DNA of 64,000 bases from NCBI GenBank assembly GCA_963716145.1, contig OY970292.1:746169-810168 (forward strand). The letters run 5' to 3'. Source of the stretch: Candidatus Levyibacteriota bacterium (GTDB lineage: Bacteria; Patescibacteriota; Microgenomatia; Levybacterales; UBA12049). Positions 8,121-17,940 of this stretch are shown here, in pieces. Within the stretch, counting starts at the first letter, position 1. Every line of letters begins with the position of its first letter. The position numbers were made by a program, and so were the translations under genes. The notes under the pieces were generated by a model, which worked only from the letters and a program-made list of their open reading frames with translations, was not told where the DNA came from and did not search any database.

Positions 8121-10355
8121 ATGATGGTCAAACGATATAACAAAATAGTAAAAAAAGCAAAAAAGTTTTCCAAAACACGCCGTGTTCTTTTTATCTTTAT
8201 CTGCATCGTGTCAGCGTTGCTGGTAGCTTTTGGCCTGCTATATATTTTCCTTCTACGGGATCTTCCCTCACCTACCAAACTCACGAATACCACCGGCTCT
8301 TACTCAACCCAAATCTACGATAGGCATGGGACATTGCTTTACACTATTTACGCAGACCGCAATCAAAGCTTTATCCCGCTTGAAAAGATTCCAAAAAATC
8401 TCCAGCTCGCCACAATTGCCGTTGAGGATAAAGATTTTTACCGCCATGGAGCAGTGGACTTCCGCGGAATTGCCAGAGCGCTCTATTCAATTGCCGTTCA
8501 TAAACAGCTGCAAGGAGGCTCAACCCTTACCCAGCAATTGGTTAAAACCAGTCTCCTCACGCCTGAGAGGACAGTAACCAGAAAAATAAAAGAGGTGATT
8601 TTGGCATTTGCGACCGAGGCGCTTTACCCTAAAAACAAAATTCTTGAAATGTATTTGAATCAGGTTCCATATGGAGGAACATCGTACGGTGTTGAAGCAG
8701 CTTCTCTTGCATTTTTTGGCAAACCTGTTAAAGACTTAAGTCTTGCTCAGCAGGCATTTTTGGCCGGACTTCCCGAAGCGCCAAGCACTTTCTCCCCTTT
8801 GGGTTCGCATCCTGAGCTTGGAAAAAAACGTCAGGAGGAAATTTTGCAGAAAATGTATGAGCAGAATTACATTACCAAACAAGAAAGAGACAAGGCTTTG
8901 GCAGAAACGCTTCATTTTCAAAAAATCACCAACCCTATAAAAGCTCCGCATTTTGTGTTTTATGTCAAGGATCTATTGGTTAAAAAATATGGCGAAGATG
9001 CAGTAACGCGGGGAGGCTTGAAAGTTCAAACTAGTTTGGATCTTGACACTCAAAAATATGTCGAAGCAACTGTTTCCGCGCAGCTTGAAGATCTTGGATC
9101 ACACAATGTGGGCAACGGAGGAGCAGTTGTTACCAATCCCGCAACAGGGGAAATTCTGGCGATGACAGGCGGGAAAGATTATTTTGGTACTTCTGAACCT
9201 GAGGGATGTATAGTTGGAAAAACCTGCGTATTTGAACCAAATGTAAATGTAACAATCGCCCAGCAGGAACCCGGTTCATCAATAAAACCGATCAATTACG
9301 CGGTAGGACTTATGAAAGGCTACTCGGCAGCAACACCTTTTATTGACGCGCCAATTTGCTTCCCAATTCCAGGTGATAAACCATTTTGTCCGCGCAATTA
9401 TGATGGCCGTTTCCATGGTATTGTCTCGATGAGAACGGCACTTGGAAGTTCTTTTAATATACCGGCAGTTGAAATGTTAAAACTTAATACAGTAGACAGC
9501 ATGATAGAAACCGCACGGACGATGGGATTAAAACTTAATGATCCCAGGGGATATGGGTTATCTCTAACTCTTGGAGGTGGTGGAGTTACGATGCTTGAAA
9601 TGTCAACTGCTTTTGGGGTCTTTGCCAATCAGGGATACCGCGTCGACCTACACCCGATTCTCAAAATTACAGACAGAGACGGAAAAGTGATTGAAAATTA
9701 CAAACCTCCAAGCAGTCCTATTTTTGGCAAGAAAGTAATTCCTTCTGAAGTGGCTTTTATAATTTCAGACATCTTAAGCGATAATAACGCGCGTATTCCG
9801 GCATTTGGTGCGAATTCTCAGCTGAAAATTGACGGCAAACATGTTTCAGTCAAAACAGGAACCACCAATGATTACAAAGATAACTGGACCATTGGATACA
9901 CTCCGTCTTACTTGGTTGCCGTGTGGGTAGGAAATAATGATAATACTCCAATGTCAGGAGTTGTTTCGGGAGTAACCGGCGCGGCACCGATCTGGCATGA
10001 CCTGATGAGCCATCTTCTAGAGAATAAAAAATCCGAAATACCACAAAAGCCGCCAAATGTTTACGCCAAATATGCCTGCCTCACAACAGGAACAGCATCA
10101 ACAAGCGACAATAACAGCAAATGCGCGACACGTTTTGAATACTTTATTAGAGGCGCAGAAACCAAAAATCCAATGAGTGTCAAAAAAGAGAAAGTCTTTG
10201 TTGACAAAACAACCAACGAGCAGGCAAAGCCAGGACAAACAGAAAATGTTGAAGAGCGGGAGATGGATGTGATGATTGATGTGATAGGCAATAAATATTG
10301 CCTGGGCTGCGCTCATCCTGGATCGCCTACCCCGACTCCGGTTATACCGCACTAA
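8121..10355 (+). CDS. mrcA: class A penicillin-binding protein (PBP1A; transglycosylase plus transpeptidase)
   Basis: GT51 motif 'EDKDFYRHGAVD', 'RGGSTLTQQ'; transpeptidase 'SSIKP', 'KTGTTND'; N-terminal TM. Confidence 0.85.
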   Translation: MMVKRYNKIVKKAKKFSKTRRVLFIFICIVSALLVAFGLLYIFLLRDLPSPTKLTNTTGSYSTQIYDRHGTLLYTIYADRNQSFIPLEKIPKNLQLATIAVEDKDFYRHGAVDFRGIARALYSIAVHKQLQGGSTLTQQLVKTSLLTPERTVTRKIKEVILAFATEALYPKNKILEMYLNQVPYGGTSYGVEAASLAFFGKPVKDLSLAQQAFLAGLPEAPSTFSPLGSHPELGKKRQEEILQKMYEQNYITKQERDKALAETLHFQKITNPIKAPHFVFYVKDLLVKKYGEDAVTRGGLKVQTSLDLDTQKYVEATVSAQLEDLGSHNVGNGGAVVTNPATGEILAMTGGKDYFGTSEPEGCIVGKTCVFEPNVNVTIAQQEPGSSIKPINYAVGLMKGYSAATPFIDAPICFPIPGDKPFCPRNYDGRFHGIVSMRTALGSSFNIPAVEMLKLNTVDSMIETARTMGLKLNDPRGYGLSLTLGGGGVTMLEMSTAFGVFANQGYRVDLHPILKITDRDGKVIENYKPPSSPIFGKKVIPSEVAFIISDILSDNNARIPAFGANSQLKIDGKHVSVKTGTTNDYKDNWTIGYTPSYLVAVWVGNNDNTPMSGVVSGVTGAAPIWHDLMSHLLENKKSEIPQKPPNVYAKYACLTTGTASTSDNNSKCATRFEYFIRGAETKNPMSVKKEKVFVDKTTNEQAKPGQTENVEEREMDVMIDVIGNKYCLGCAHPGSPTPTPVIPH

Positions 10356-10361
10356 TTTAAT

Positions 10362-10586
10362 ATGGAAAACGGAAGTTATAATAAAATATCAGGGAAAAAA
10401 ACTCTTATTTTAGTTGTAGCGCTTATTACTACAATTTTATTTCTTTCTATTTATTCTGTCTTCCTGGTATTTAGAAAATCAGCGGTAATTACAACCTCTT
10501 CCTCTTTTGAAAAGCCTGCCGCAACGACCCAACCTTCCCCCACACCCCTAACAATACCTACCTCTATCGAAAGGTTCGGGGACTAA
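10362..10586 (+). CDS. small membrane-anchored hypothetical protein
   Basis: ORF track; one hydrophobic helix, Ser/Thr/Pro-rich tail. Confidence 0.3.
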   Translation: MENGSYNKISGKKTLILVVALITTILFLSIYSVFLVFRKSAVITTSSSFEKPAATTQPSPTPLTIPTSIERFGD

Positions 10587-10609
10587 AATAGATTTAATCC
10601 GAGCTATTT

Positions 10610-11251
10610 TTAAATTTTTAGAGCATTTTCGAGAAGTTTGAATTGCTCCGCTGGAGATTTTTCTGAATCAAATAGAAAACTTGTTGCTACGAAGCGGGTT
10701 GCGCCAAGATTTTTGGCAATCTGAATCGTTCTGTCGCTTATTCCCCCATCCACTTCAATCGGAGCATCGGTAATCTCTTTTAGATCTTTTAACTTTACCA
10801 TCGCGTCTTCATTGAACGCTTGTCCCGAGAATCCAGCTTGAACCCCCATTACAAGAATCGCGTCCAGATCAGGAAGAGGCACTTTGATCGCATCAATCCC
10901 TGTATGCAAATCAACCGCCAGTCCGGCATCGCCCAAAAGCTGAGCCTGCGCAACAAATTCCGCTTGATCGGACATCTTCTCAATTTGCCCGATAAATCTT
11001 CTAAACCCTGCGTCAGCAAAAGATTTTAAATACTTGACCGGCTCCTCTACCATAAGATGAACCTCAAAAATAAAGTCTTTTGCGTATTTCGCAAATGGAG
11101 CGGGGTCTGAAAATGTTTTATTCTTGGCAAACTTACCATCAATCACATCAATGTGAATTGAACGGGCCAAACCTTTAACTGCGAGTAGCTTTTTTTCAAT
11201 TGATGCAAATTCTTTATCTTCTGTGCCAGGACTTGGTATTATTTCAAACAT
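10610..11251 (-). CDS. rpe: ribulose-phosphate 3-epimerase
   Basis: 'SIHIDVIDGKF' metal-binding motif, TIM-barrel length; adjacent to rpiB. Confidence 0.75.
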   Translation of the reverse strand: MFEIIPSPGTEDKEFASIEKKLLAVKGLARSIHIDVIDGKFAKNKTFSDPAPFAKYAKDFIFEVHLMVEEPVKYLKSFADAGFRRFIGQIEKMSDQAEFVAQAQLLGDAGLAVDLHTGIDAIKVPLPDLDAILVMGVQAGFSGQAFNEDAMVKLKDLKEITDAPIEVDGGISDRTIQIAKNLGATRFVATSFLFDSEKSPAEQFKLLENALKI

Positions 11252-11344
11252 AATAATTAAATTTTCAATTTGAAATTTGAAATGAAATCAAAATTTTTAA
11301 AGTTTTAAACATTAAATAATTAAAAATTCATTGAAAATTGAAAA
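11252..11344. repeat. AT-rich intergenic element, diverged member of the family at 33691-33805 and 49160-49264
   Basis: shares 'aaatttttaaa..ttttaaacatt', 'attcattgaaaattgaaaattaaaaatt' blocks with the other copies; lies immediately upstream of the rpe start codon. Confidence 0.45.
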
Positions 11345-11851
11345 TTAAAAATTGTTTTCTATCTTCTTTATCTTCTCCACTCTTCTCACATGTCTCTCGG
11401 CTGTCGCGTCAGGAGTAGCAAGCCAAGCATCTATCGCCTTCATAACGTCTTCTTCCTTTAGGAACCTAAACCCTAGCGATAGCATGTTGGCATCATTATG
11501 CTCACGAGTTAAACGAAGCATTTCTAACGGATCCGAACTCATTCTTCCTGTTATATCAGCAGCGTGAACCGGGACGGCAGGCGTATAAAATAACGCGCAG
11601 CGTACACCTTTGAATTTATTGGCAACCATCGCCTCCCCTTGTCCTGATCCGCCAAAAATTATCCCGCGTGAATCCGGATCTTTTGAAACTCTTTCAGCTG
11701 CTTTACTTATGAAATCAGGATAATCATCATCTTTGTCATATTCATATGCTCCGCAATCTTCAACTGCGTAGCCTTTCTGAGTGAGGAATTTTTTAATCTT
11801 TTCTTTTAACTCGAGGCCCGTATGATCTGTAGCAAGATAAACTTTCATCAA
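11345..11851 (-). CDS. rpiB: ribose-5-phosphate isomerase B
   Basis: 'MKVYLATDHTGLELK', 'GIIFGGSGQGEAMVANK' RpiB/LacAB signature. Confidence 0.85.
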   Translation of the reverse strand: MMKVYLATDHTGLELKEKIKKFLTQKGYAVEDCGAYEYDKDDDYPDFISKAAERVSKDPDSRGIIFGGSGQGEAMVANKFKGVRCALFYTPAVPVHAADITGRMSSDPLEMLRLTREHNDANMLSLGFRFLKEEDVMKAIDAWLATPDATAERHVRRVEKIKKIENNF

Positions 11852-11889
11852 CTACTAAAGTAGCAGAAACGGGGAGCAAACTCAATGTT

Positions 11890-12516
11890 TTATTTTCCGA
11901 CAATTACTGTGGCGTCTGTGGTAATAGAATCATCTACGGTTGTTGTAATTGCGCTTCCTGATGCTTGAGATGCCAAATCCTTTTTTAAAAGAGCTCCATA
12001 GTCACTTTTTGCTTTCTTAACTTTGACAGTAATATCTGTGTAATTAAAACTGTCAGCATTTCCGGTTAAACTAACCACATAGCCCAAACCGCTGAGATAT
12101 GTCGAGTATTTCTTTCCTGCTCCGACAACGCCTGATCCGTTAAGAACTGCAACGCTTAACTTGCTTCTATCTAGCTTGGAACTGCTAGCGCTTGGGGTAG
12201 GTGTCAACTTGACTGAAGGAGTAATTGAACCTGAGGGTGTTGAAGTAGGTGCTTCTGTTGGCTCTTCAGTCGGAGCTATTGTTGGAATAATTACAGCTTT
12301 TTGTTCAGTCTTTTTACTATTACCCAAAAAGTACAAACCTCCAACCGCTCCAGCAATCAGAAGGACTACAATCAAAAAAATACCGGCTGCTTTGCCTCTA
12401 TTAGTTGATTTCTCGGTATAAGCCGGGAAATCTGAAAACGGAACTTCATCCTTCATATAGTATCTATTCTGCATATAATTATTACTTAGGGGGCAGAACA
12501 AATCCGATTCTAGCAT
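11890..12516 (-). CDS. membrane-anchored LytR_C (LytR/CpsA/Psr C-terminal) domain protein with Thr/Pro-rich linker
   Basis: TM helix, 'PTEEPTEAPTSTP' linker, C-terminal 'LSVAVLNGSGVVGAGKKYSTYLSGLGY' LytR_C-like. Confidence 0.55.
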   Translation of the reverse strand: MLESDLFCPLSNNYMQNRYYMKDEVPFSDFPAYTEKSTNRGKAAGIFLIVVLLIAGAVGGLYFLGNSKKTEQKAVIIPTIAPTEEPTEAPTSTPSGSITPSVKLTPTPSASSSKLDRSKLSVAVLNGSGVVGAGKKYSTYLSGLGYVVSLTGNADSFNYTDITVKVKKAKSDYGALLKKDLASQASGSAITTTVDDSITTDATVIVGK

Positions 12517-12565
12517 ATTTTGTTTGATTTGAAAACCCTATTGTCAAAAATGCTATAATGGCATT

Positions 12566-14266
12566 ATGCCCAAAAAAATACTAGCTATTCTGTTGTCCTC
12601 TATTTTACTCGCGGTTTCTTTATTTTTCATGATAAACCCGCCTATCACGAGAGCTGATGATCTTGACGACATAAACAAGCAACTTGCACAACTTAACGAC
12701 GATTTGAATAAATCAATAGCAGCGACCAAACCAGTTGAATCCCAACTCAAGAGCATGCAGGCCCAAATTGTCAGCATAAAAAATCAAATTCCGGTGATTG
12801 AACGGGATATTGCTAGCAAGAAAAATGCAATTGATGAAGGTTATAAAAGGCTCGCAGATAAAGAAAAAATCATATCAGCAACAATACGGGATTTTTACAT
12901 CAAATCTTACAATGACTCCCCTCTTCTTATCTTTTTCACTCTTGATAACGCATCTGATGCAACCCAGGCTCTTGCATATCAGCACGCAAAAACCAAACAA
13001 GATAAGGCAATTATTACCAATATTGCGCTTTCAATAACCGACCTTGAAAAGAAAAAGGCAGAACTCGTTTATGAACAAAAATCACTTGTTACCGCCAAGG
13101 CGAGTCTGGACGAACAATCGGCAAAGCTTGACAAGATTGTCGCAGGAGCCAAAGGCTTCCAAAGTGAATTGTCCGGTAAAATAGCAGCTCTTTCGGCAAG
13201 ACAAAATGAGATTATAAACGCAAGATCCGGAAATGCTACCTTTACAATTGGCGGAGGGGGCGAGCTTGCTGATGAATATCTCGCCTCCAAAAAAGGTTTT
13301 AGTGAATCAGCTCCTGCAGGCTCATTTGGTGTATTTTCATTTGGTGCTTATACCCACAGAAAAGGTATGAGCCAGTACGGAGCGCGAGGACGTGCGCAGA
13401 GTGGCCAGGATTTTAAGACTATTCTTAAAGCATATTATGGAAAGGAACCGGCAGGAAAAGATACAGGAGGAACAATTAAAGTCGCGGGATTCGGAGAAAT
13501 GGACTTTGAAACTACTTATCTTTATGGAATTGCCGAGATGCCCTCAAGCTGGCATCCGGAAGCATTAAAAGCCCAGGCTGTTGCTGCCAGAACTTATGCC
13601 TACCGTTATAAAACTGAGGGAAAAGAAATCTGTACAACCGAAGCTTGCCAAGTATTTAACAAAGGAAAATCCGATAGCCCACCTGACGCATGGAAAAACG
13701 CTGTTAATGATACCAAAGGTCAGGTTATTGAAGACGTAACCACATACTATGCGTCAACTCACGGAGGCTATGCAGCCCCGGTTGGTTGGGATACAACAGA
13801 TGGATCGGGTGGAAGCAGTTTTATTGACAAAGCTTATGACAAAACTGGCGGTTCTCCATGGTTGTATAAAGCTTGGTGGAGACAGGGCTATAGCACATCA
13901 GGAGCAACCTGCGGTAGATCAGCTCCCTGGCTCAACTCACAGGAAATGGCAGACATAGTTAATGCAGCGATTGCTCTTAGAACAGACGGCATTGACACAT
14001 CAAGAATCACTCCTGTTACAACATCCTGCTGGGGAGGCAACCCGTACAGCATGGATGAGCTGAAAAATCTTGTTTCAGGAAAAGGTGGAATCTCCTCAGC
14101 TGACAGTGTTTCCGTTTCACAAGGCAACGGCTCAACCGGAAATGTTACAATAAACGGAGTTAGTTTTAGTGGAACTGATTTCAAACGTGCATTTAACTTA
14201 AGAGCACCGGGCTATGTATCTATTCCGCAAAGCGGCTTTGCATTTTTCAATATCGAGCACAAATAA
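12566..14266 (+). CDS. SpoIID/LytB-domain protein with N-terminal signal/TM and coiled-coil region
   Basis: 'ETTYLYGIAEMPSSWHPEALKAQAVAARTYA' SpoIID/LytB core; N-terminal heptad-rich segment. Confidence 0.7.
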   Translation: MPKKILAILLSSILLAVSLFFMINPPITRADDLDDINKQLAQLNDDLNKSIAATKPVESQLKSMQAQIVSIKNQIPVIERDIASKKNAIDEGYKRLADKEKIISATIRDFYIKSYNDSPLLIFFTLDNASDATQALAYQHAKTKQDKAIITNIALSITDLEKKKAELVYEQKSLVTAKASLDEQSAKLDKIVAGAKGFQSELSGKIAALSARQNEIINARSGNATFTIGGGGELADEYLASKKGFSESAPAGSFGVFSFGAYTHRKGMSQYGARGRAQSGQDFKTILKAYYGKEPAGKDTGGTIKVAGFGEMDFETTYLYGIAEMPSSWHPEALKAQAVAARTYAYRYKTEGKEICTTEACQVFNKGKSDSPPDAWKNAVNDTKGQVIEDVTTYYASTHGGYAAPVGWDTTDGSGGSSFIDKAYDKTGGSPWLYKAWWRQGYSTSGATCGRSAPWLNSQEMADIVNAAIALRTDGIDTSRITPVTTSCWGGNPYSMDELKNLVSGKGGISSADSVSVSQGNGSTGNVTINGVSFSGTDFKRAFNLRAPGYVSIPQSGFAFFNIEHK

Positions 14267-14268
14267 AT

Positions 14269-14940
14269 ATGCCTGATATATTTATAAGACCAAAGAAAAA
14301 ATCAATTGAAAGAAAACCTGCCGCAATAAAAACTCCAGAGAAGCAATATGTTCCTGTACCTACTCACGTAGACAAAACAAAAGTTAAAAGTGATTCTCTC
14401 AGCATGTTTGCAACTTTTCTAAAATACCCACAAGGAATCGAACTATCAGGGCAGGATGATGACGAAAAAACTATTATTTTTTTAAGAGCTGATTTTTTCA
14501 CCAATTTTTCCTGGATTTTCAGTACAATTCTCTTTGCTCTCCTACCTCTTTTCCTGCCTTTGCTCCTGAACCTGACAAATCTCTCTGTAGATTTTTTGCC
14601 ACTGCGCCTGATTATACTCATCATCAGCTTCTACTATCTAATTCTTATTGGCTATGCTTTTGCCAATTTTGTAACCTGGTTTTATACAATCGGCATTGCG
14701 ACCGATAAAAAAGCTTTTGATATCGACTTCAACAATCTCTCATCAATTGACGTGTCAACAGTAAATTTGCAGGACGCGAGTGACGCAAAATACTCACAGC
14801 TCGGATTTTTTCAGTCATTTTTTGATTATGGAGATGTAACAATTACAATTGAAGCAACAAAAGAAAAACTTGTATTTGAGAAGGTGCCAAAACCCGCTCT
14901 TGTCGCGGATATTGTAGGCGACATGATTGGGGGAGAATAA
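14269..14940 (+). CDS. membrane protein, possibly bPH_2 (YdbS/YdbT-like bacterial PH) domain
   Basis: two central TM helices followed by a beta-rich C-terminal domain; weak resemblance only. Confidence 0.35.
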   Translation: MPDIFIRPKKKSIERKPAAIKTPEKQYVPVPTHVDKTKVKSDSLSMFATFLKYPQGIELSGQDDDEKTIIFLRADFFTNFSWIFSTILFALLPLFLPLLLNLTNLSVDFLPLRLIILIISFYYLILIGYAFANFVTWFYTIGIATDKKAFDIDFNNLSSIDVSTVNLQDASDAKYSQLGFFQSFFDYGDVTITIEATKEKLVFEKVPKPALVADIVGDMIGGE

Positions 14941-15193
14941 GAACTTTTTAAAAATTATGGATATTTTTCCGGTTTTACCAAACATTAATATAGTTTTGAT
15001 TTCTAAAATTTTCTTTCTGGTTCTTCTTGGCCTTTATATAATCTTTATTTTCATGCTTACCACTAAAATTCGCTCCTTTGACAAAATCGTTACCCTATCA
15101 GGAAGAGTAGGCAGCGGATTTATCAAATCTTTTGGCTTCTTCTACCTCCTTCTGCTCCTCTCGCTTTTTGCTCTAGCTCTTGTTATAGTATAG
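14927..15193 (+). CDS. small membrane protein
   Basis: ORF track; two hydrophobic helices. Confidence 0.3.
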   Translation: MGENKNFLKIMDIFPVLPNINIVLISKIFFLVLLGLYIIFIFMLTTKIRSFDKIVTLSGRVGSGFIKSFGFFYLLLLLSLFALALVIV

Positions 15194-15195
15194 AT

Positions 15196-17085
15196 ATGGT
15201 CAGCCTGTCATTTGCCAAACTGGTTGCTACACCCACGGACACTTCATGGTCTCAAGTTTATAATGCCGGCAATCTTTTTGCATCCCTCTCTTTATCAAAA
15301 ACGGAAACTGAGGAAGAGGTCTTTCTGCATTCCATAGGAAAAGAGATGTTCGCCAATTTAGAGGCGGAATTTTTCACTCTTGAGGACAAAAGTCTGCAAA
15401 GTATCAAAGATGCTATTGCCAATAGCACGCATATCATTCCCTCAGGTGTTTCTGCCAATTTAAGCCTGGCTTACTTTAAAGGCAACATTCTCTACCTGTT
15501 TATCTATGGGGCAGGCACAGTTACTATAAAGCGGGGTGGAAAAGTCGGAACTTTGCTTGAAGAAAAGTCTACAGAAAATACGGAAATAGTTTCATCTTCT
15601 GGATTTTTAGAACAAAATGATACCATTGTTCTCCAAACTCCACAATTTGCAAAAGATATGCCCATGGAAACAATCTCCTCAGCGCTTGATTTAAGCCTAC
15701 CAAACGATATTGCTGAGGCACTCTCCCCCGCGATGCATGAGAAGGATGACGGCTCGCCTCGCGTCGAAGCGGGTGGACAGGCAGCAATTATAATAGAATA
15801 TAAGGAGGCTAGTCCTCAGCAAGAAAAGCAATCATCCGAAATTGAAACCCCGGATAAATCTTTCTCGGAAATCGAAGAAATCCCAAATAAAGAGCAGACA
15901 GATATTGCTGAAAAGTCTATTCATGAAAACCTCGGAGAAATCGAAGAAATCACTGTTGAAAAAGACGAATTAGACGTAATTATTGCTGAGAACATATCAT
16001 CAACTCATTCTAAAAAACCATCTTTTTTTTCAAGACTAAGACTCTCTTCCATATTTACCTCATTCAAGCCCGCGTTCCAAGGAAATAAAAACACAATTCA
16101 GCTCAATCACAGAAAAAAACTTTTCTTAAGTATAGCCGTTATAATACTTATTCTTCTTGTTGTGAGTATCTCACTCACCAAGAAAAAGCAGGATGATAGC
16201 AAAACCCAGGCGCTCTTCAACTCTGTCTATACCCCGGCATTTGCGGATTATGAAAAGGGACTGGGTATTGAGAGCATAAATAAAGATTTTGCACGAAGTG
16301 ATTTCCAAAAAGCGCAAAAAAAATTAACAGAGAATAAAGATAAATTCAAAAAAGGCTCAACTGAAGAAAAACAGATATCAGAGTTGCTTTCCAAAGTAAA
16401 CTCAGAACTGGGAGGAACAACAAGTGCCACAAAAATTACGCCAAAAGCGGTAACTTTAAGTGATGCAGACTTGCTGAGTGTGGAAAAAGATAATTCTGGC
16501 GGCATTGCTTACACTGTAAATAAAGACTCTGTTGATTATTTGACAGAGAAAGCTGTTGTTTCGGTTGATAAGGCGGGTAAAACAAAAGACATTATAGAAA
16601 ATGATAATGATTGGGAAAAGGGCGTTGGGTTGGCTGCATATCAGGGCAACATTTATATTCTGGATACAAAAAACGGTGTTCTTAAATTTACTGCCGGTTC
16701 AGATGGATTTGGCCAGACTAGCTACCTCAAAGAAAAACCAGACTTGAGTAATGCTTCCTCAATAGCGATTGACGGTTCTGTCTGGATTTTATTAAAGGAT
16801 GGAAATATATTGAAATATACCAGAGGCGTGTCTGATGGACTCAAAGTAAAAGGATTGGATAAGCAAATGTCCGGAGCAAGCAGAATATTTACCAATATTG
16901 ATACGGAAAATCTCTATGTTCTGGATCCTGGGAACTCAAGAATTGTAAAGTTCAATAAAGACGGTAATTTCCAAACTCAATACAGCGCGGATATTTTAAA
17001 GAGTGCCAAGGACCTGGAAGTCAGTGAAAAAGACGGCAAAATCCTCGTGCTATCAAATGGTAAAACCTGGGAAATACCACTCTAA
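15196..17085 (+). CDS. hypothetical single-pass membrane protein with C-terminal beta-propeller-like (NHL-like) repeats
   Basis: TM near residue 310; repeated 'G.IYILD..NG.L.KF' / 'LYVLDPGNSRIVKF' segments. Confidence 0.45.
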   Translation: MVSLSFAKLVATPTDTSWSQVYNAGNLFASLSLSKTETEEEVFLHSIGKEMFANLEAEFFTLEDKSLQSIKDAIANSTHIIPSGVSANLSLAYFKGNILYLFIYGAGTVTIKRGGKVGTLLEEKSTENTEIVSSSGFLEQNDTIVLQTPQFAKDMPMETISSALDLSLPNDIAEALSPAMHEKDDGSPRVEAGGQAAIIIEYKEASPQQEKQSSEIETPDKSFSEIEEIPNKEQTDIAEKSIHENLGEIEEITVEKDELDVIIAENISSTHSKKPSFFSRLRLSSIFTSFKPAFQGNKNTIQLNHRKKLFLSIAVIILILLVVSISLTKKKQDDSKTQALFNSVYTPAFADYEKGLGIESINKDFARSDFQKAQKKLTENKDKFKKGSTEEKQISELLSKVNSELGGTTSATKITPKAVTLSDADLLSVEKDNSGGIAYTVNKDSVDYLTEKAVVSVDKAGKTKDIIENDNDWEKGVGLAAYQGNIYILDTKNGVLKFTAGSDGFGQTSYLKEKPDLSNASSIAIDGSVWILLKDGNILKYTRGVSDGLKVKGLDKQMSGASRIFTNIDTENLYVLDPGNSRIVKFNKDGNFQTQYSADILKSAKDLEVSEKDGKILVLSNGKTWEIPL

Positions 17086-17093
17086 TGCTTGAC

Positions 17094-17888
17094 TTACCTT
17101 CGAGAAGATCGGTACTTTTCTCCAACTCCATGAACAGTTTTTCCCGGATATGCACCTCTTACGGCATCGTAAACAACTCCTGCTGTTCTTCCACGCAAAA
17201 CTAAATCAACAAAGATGCCTATTTCTCTTTTTGAGCTAAATACCTGCTGACCGTCTTCGGTTTTTGGTAATACTACACGTTTACTTCCCATATTGGGTGC
17301 TGCTGGTTTCAACTCAAAACACTCTCGTCGTACATTCTGAACAACAAATTGTCTATGCAATTCTGCGCGATGATAGTCTGTGCTCAACGGAGCAATAATT
17401 CCCACTTTAGACGACAAAAGCTCATTTATAGACAGAGGGATTTCATTTCTCTTGATATAACTGTGAGTTAACCCTGCTTCCCAGTCACGATCAAGTGATT
17501 TTGCATCACTTGTTAAACCATCAACAGATTCGCCTTCATTCCTGTTCCAATAAGTAGTTGTAGGATATTTTGCGTATTTAATACGCAACTCTTTAATAAT
17601 AAGATCCAGCTGTTCTCGTTGATCCTGCTGAGAATCTACTGAAATAGCTGCAACTATCAATTGAGCCGTTACAATTGCCAATCTTTCAGAATCTCTCAAT
17701 ACACCTTGCTCTTCTGCTTCTCTCTCCGGCGTAGTAATCTCCTCTCCCTTTTCTGCTGCAACTAGAGCAGCCGATCTCATACATCGGGTCAACCATACTG
17801 CATGGCCTACTCTCCCCGTATCCTCTTTGGAAAGCAAGGTTTCTTTCATAATAGGTGCGATTATAACAATAAAATCAGTAATAATCAA
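17094..17888 (-). CDS. hypothetical protein; elevated GC (about 50%) relative to the locus; lies directly downstream of the ssrA 3' end
   Basis: ORF track; GC counted by hand in 17701-17800 = 51%; Arg/Ala/Val-rich; true start may be the internal Met (MKETLL). Confidence 0.4.
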   Translation of the reverse strand: MIITDFIVIIAPIMKETLLSKEDTGRVGHAVWLTRCMRSAALVAAEKGEEITTPEREAEEQGVLRDSERLAIVTAQLIVAAISVDSQQDQREQLDLIIKELRIKYAKYPTTTYWNRNEGESVDGLTSDAKSLDRDWEAGLTHSYIKRNEIPLSINELLSSKVGIIAPLSTDYHRAELHRQFVVQNVRRECFELKPAAPNMGSKRVVLPKTEDGQQVFSSKREIGIFVDLVLRGRTAGVVYDAVRGAYPGKTVHGVGEKYRSSRR

Positions 17889-17910
17889 TCTTATAGGACA
17901 ATAAACACCA

Positions 17911-17935
17911 AAAAGCCTCCGATTAAGGAGGCTTT
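17911..17935 (-). terminator. Rho-independent terminator hairpin (GCCTCC-ttaatc-GGAGGC followed by a T-run on the minus strand), just 3' of the tmRNA
   Basis: perfect 6-bp GC-rich stem 'aaaagcctccgattaaggaggcttt'. Confidence 0.6.
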
Positions 17936-17940
17936 ATTTG

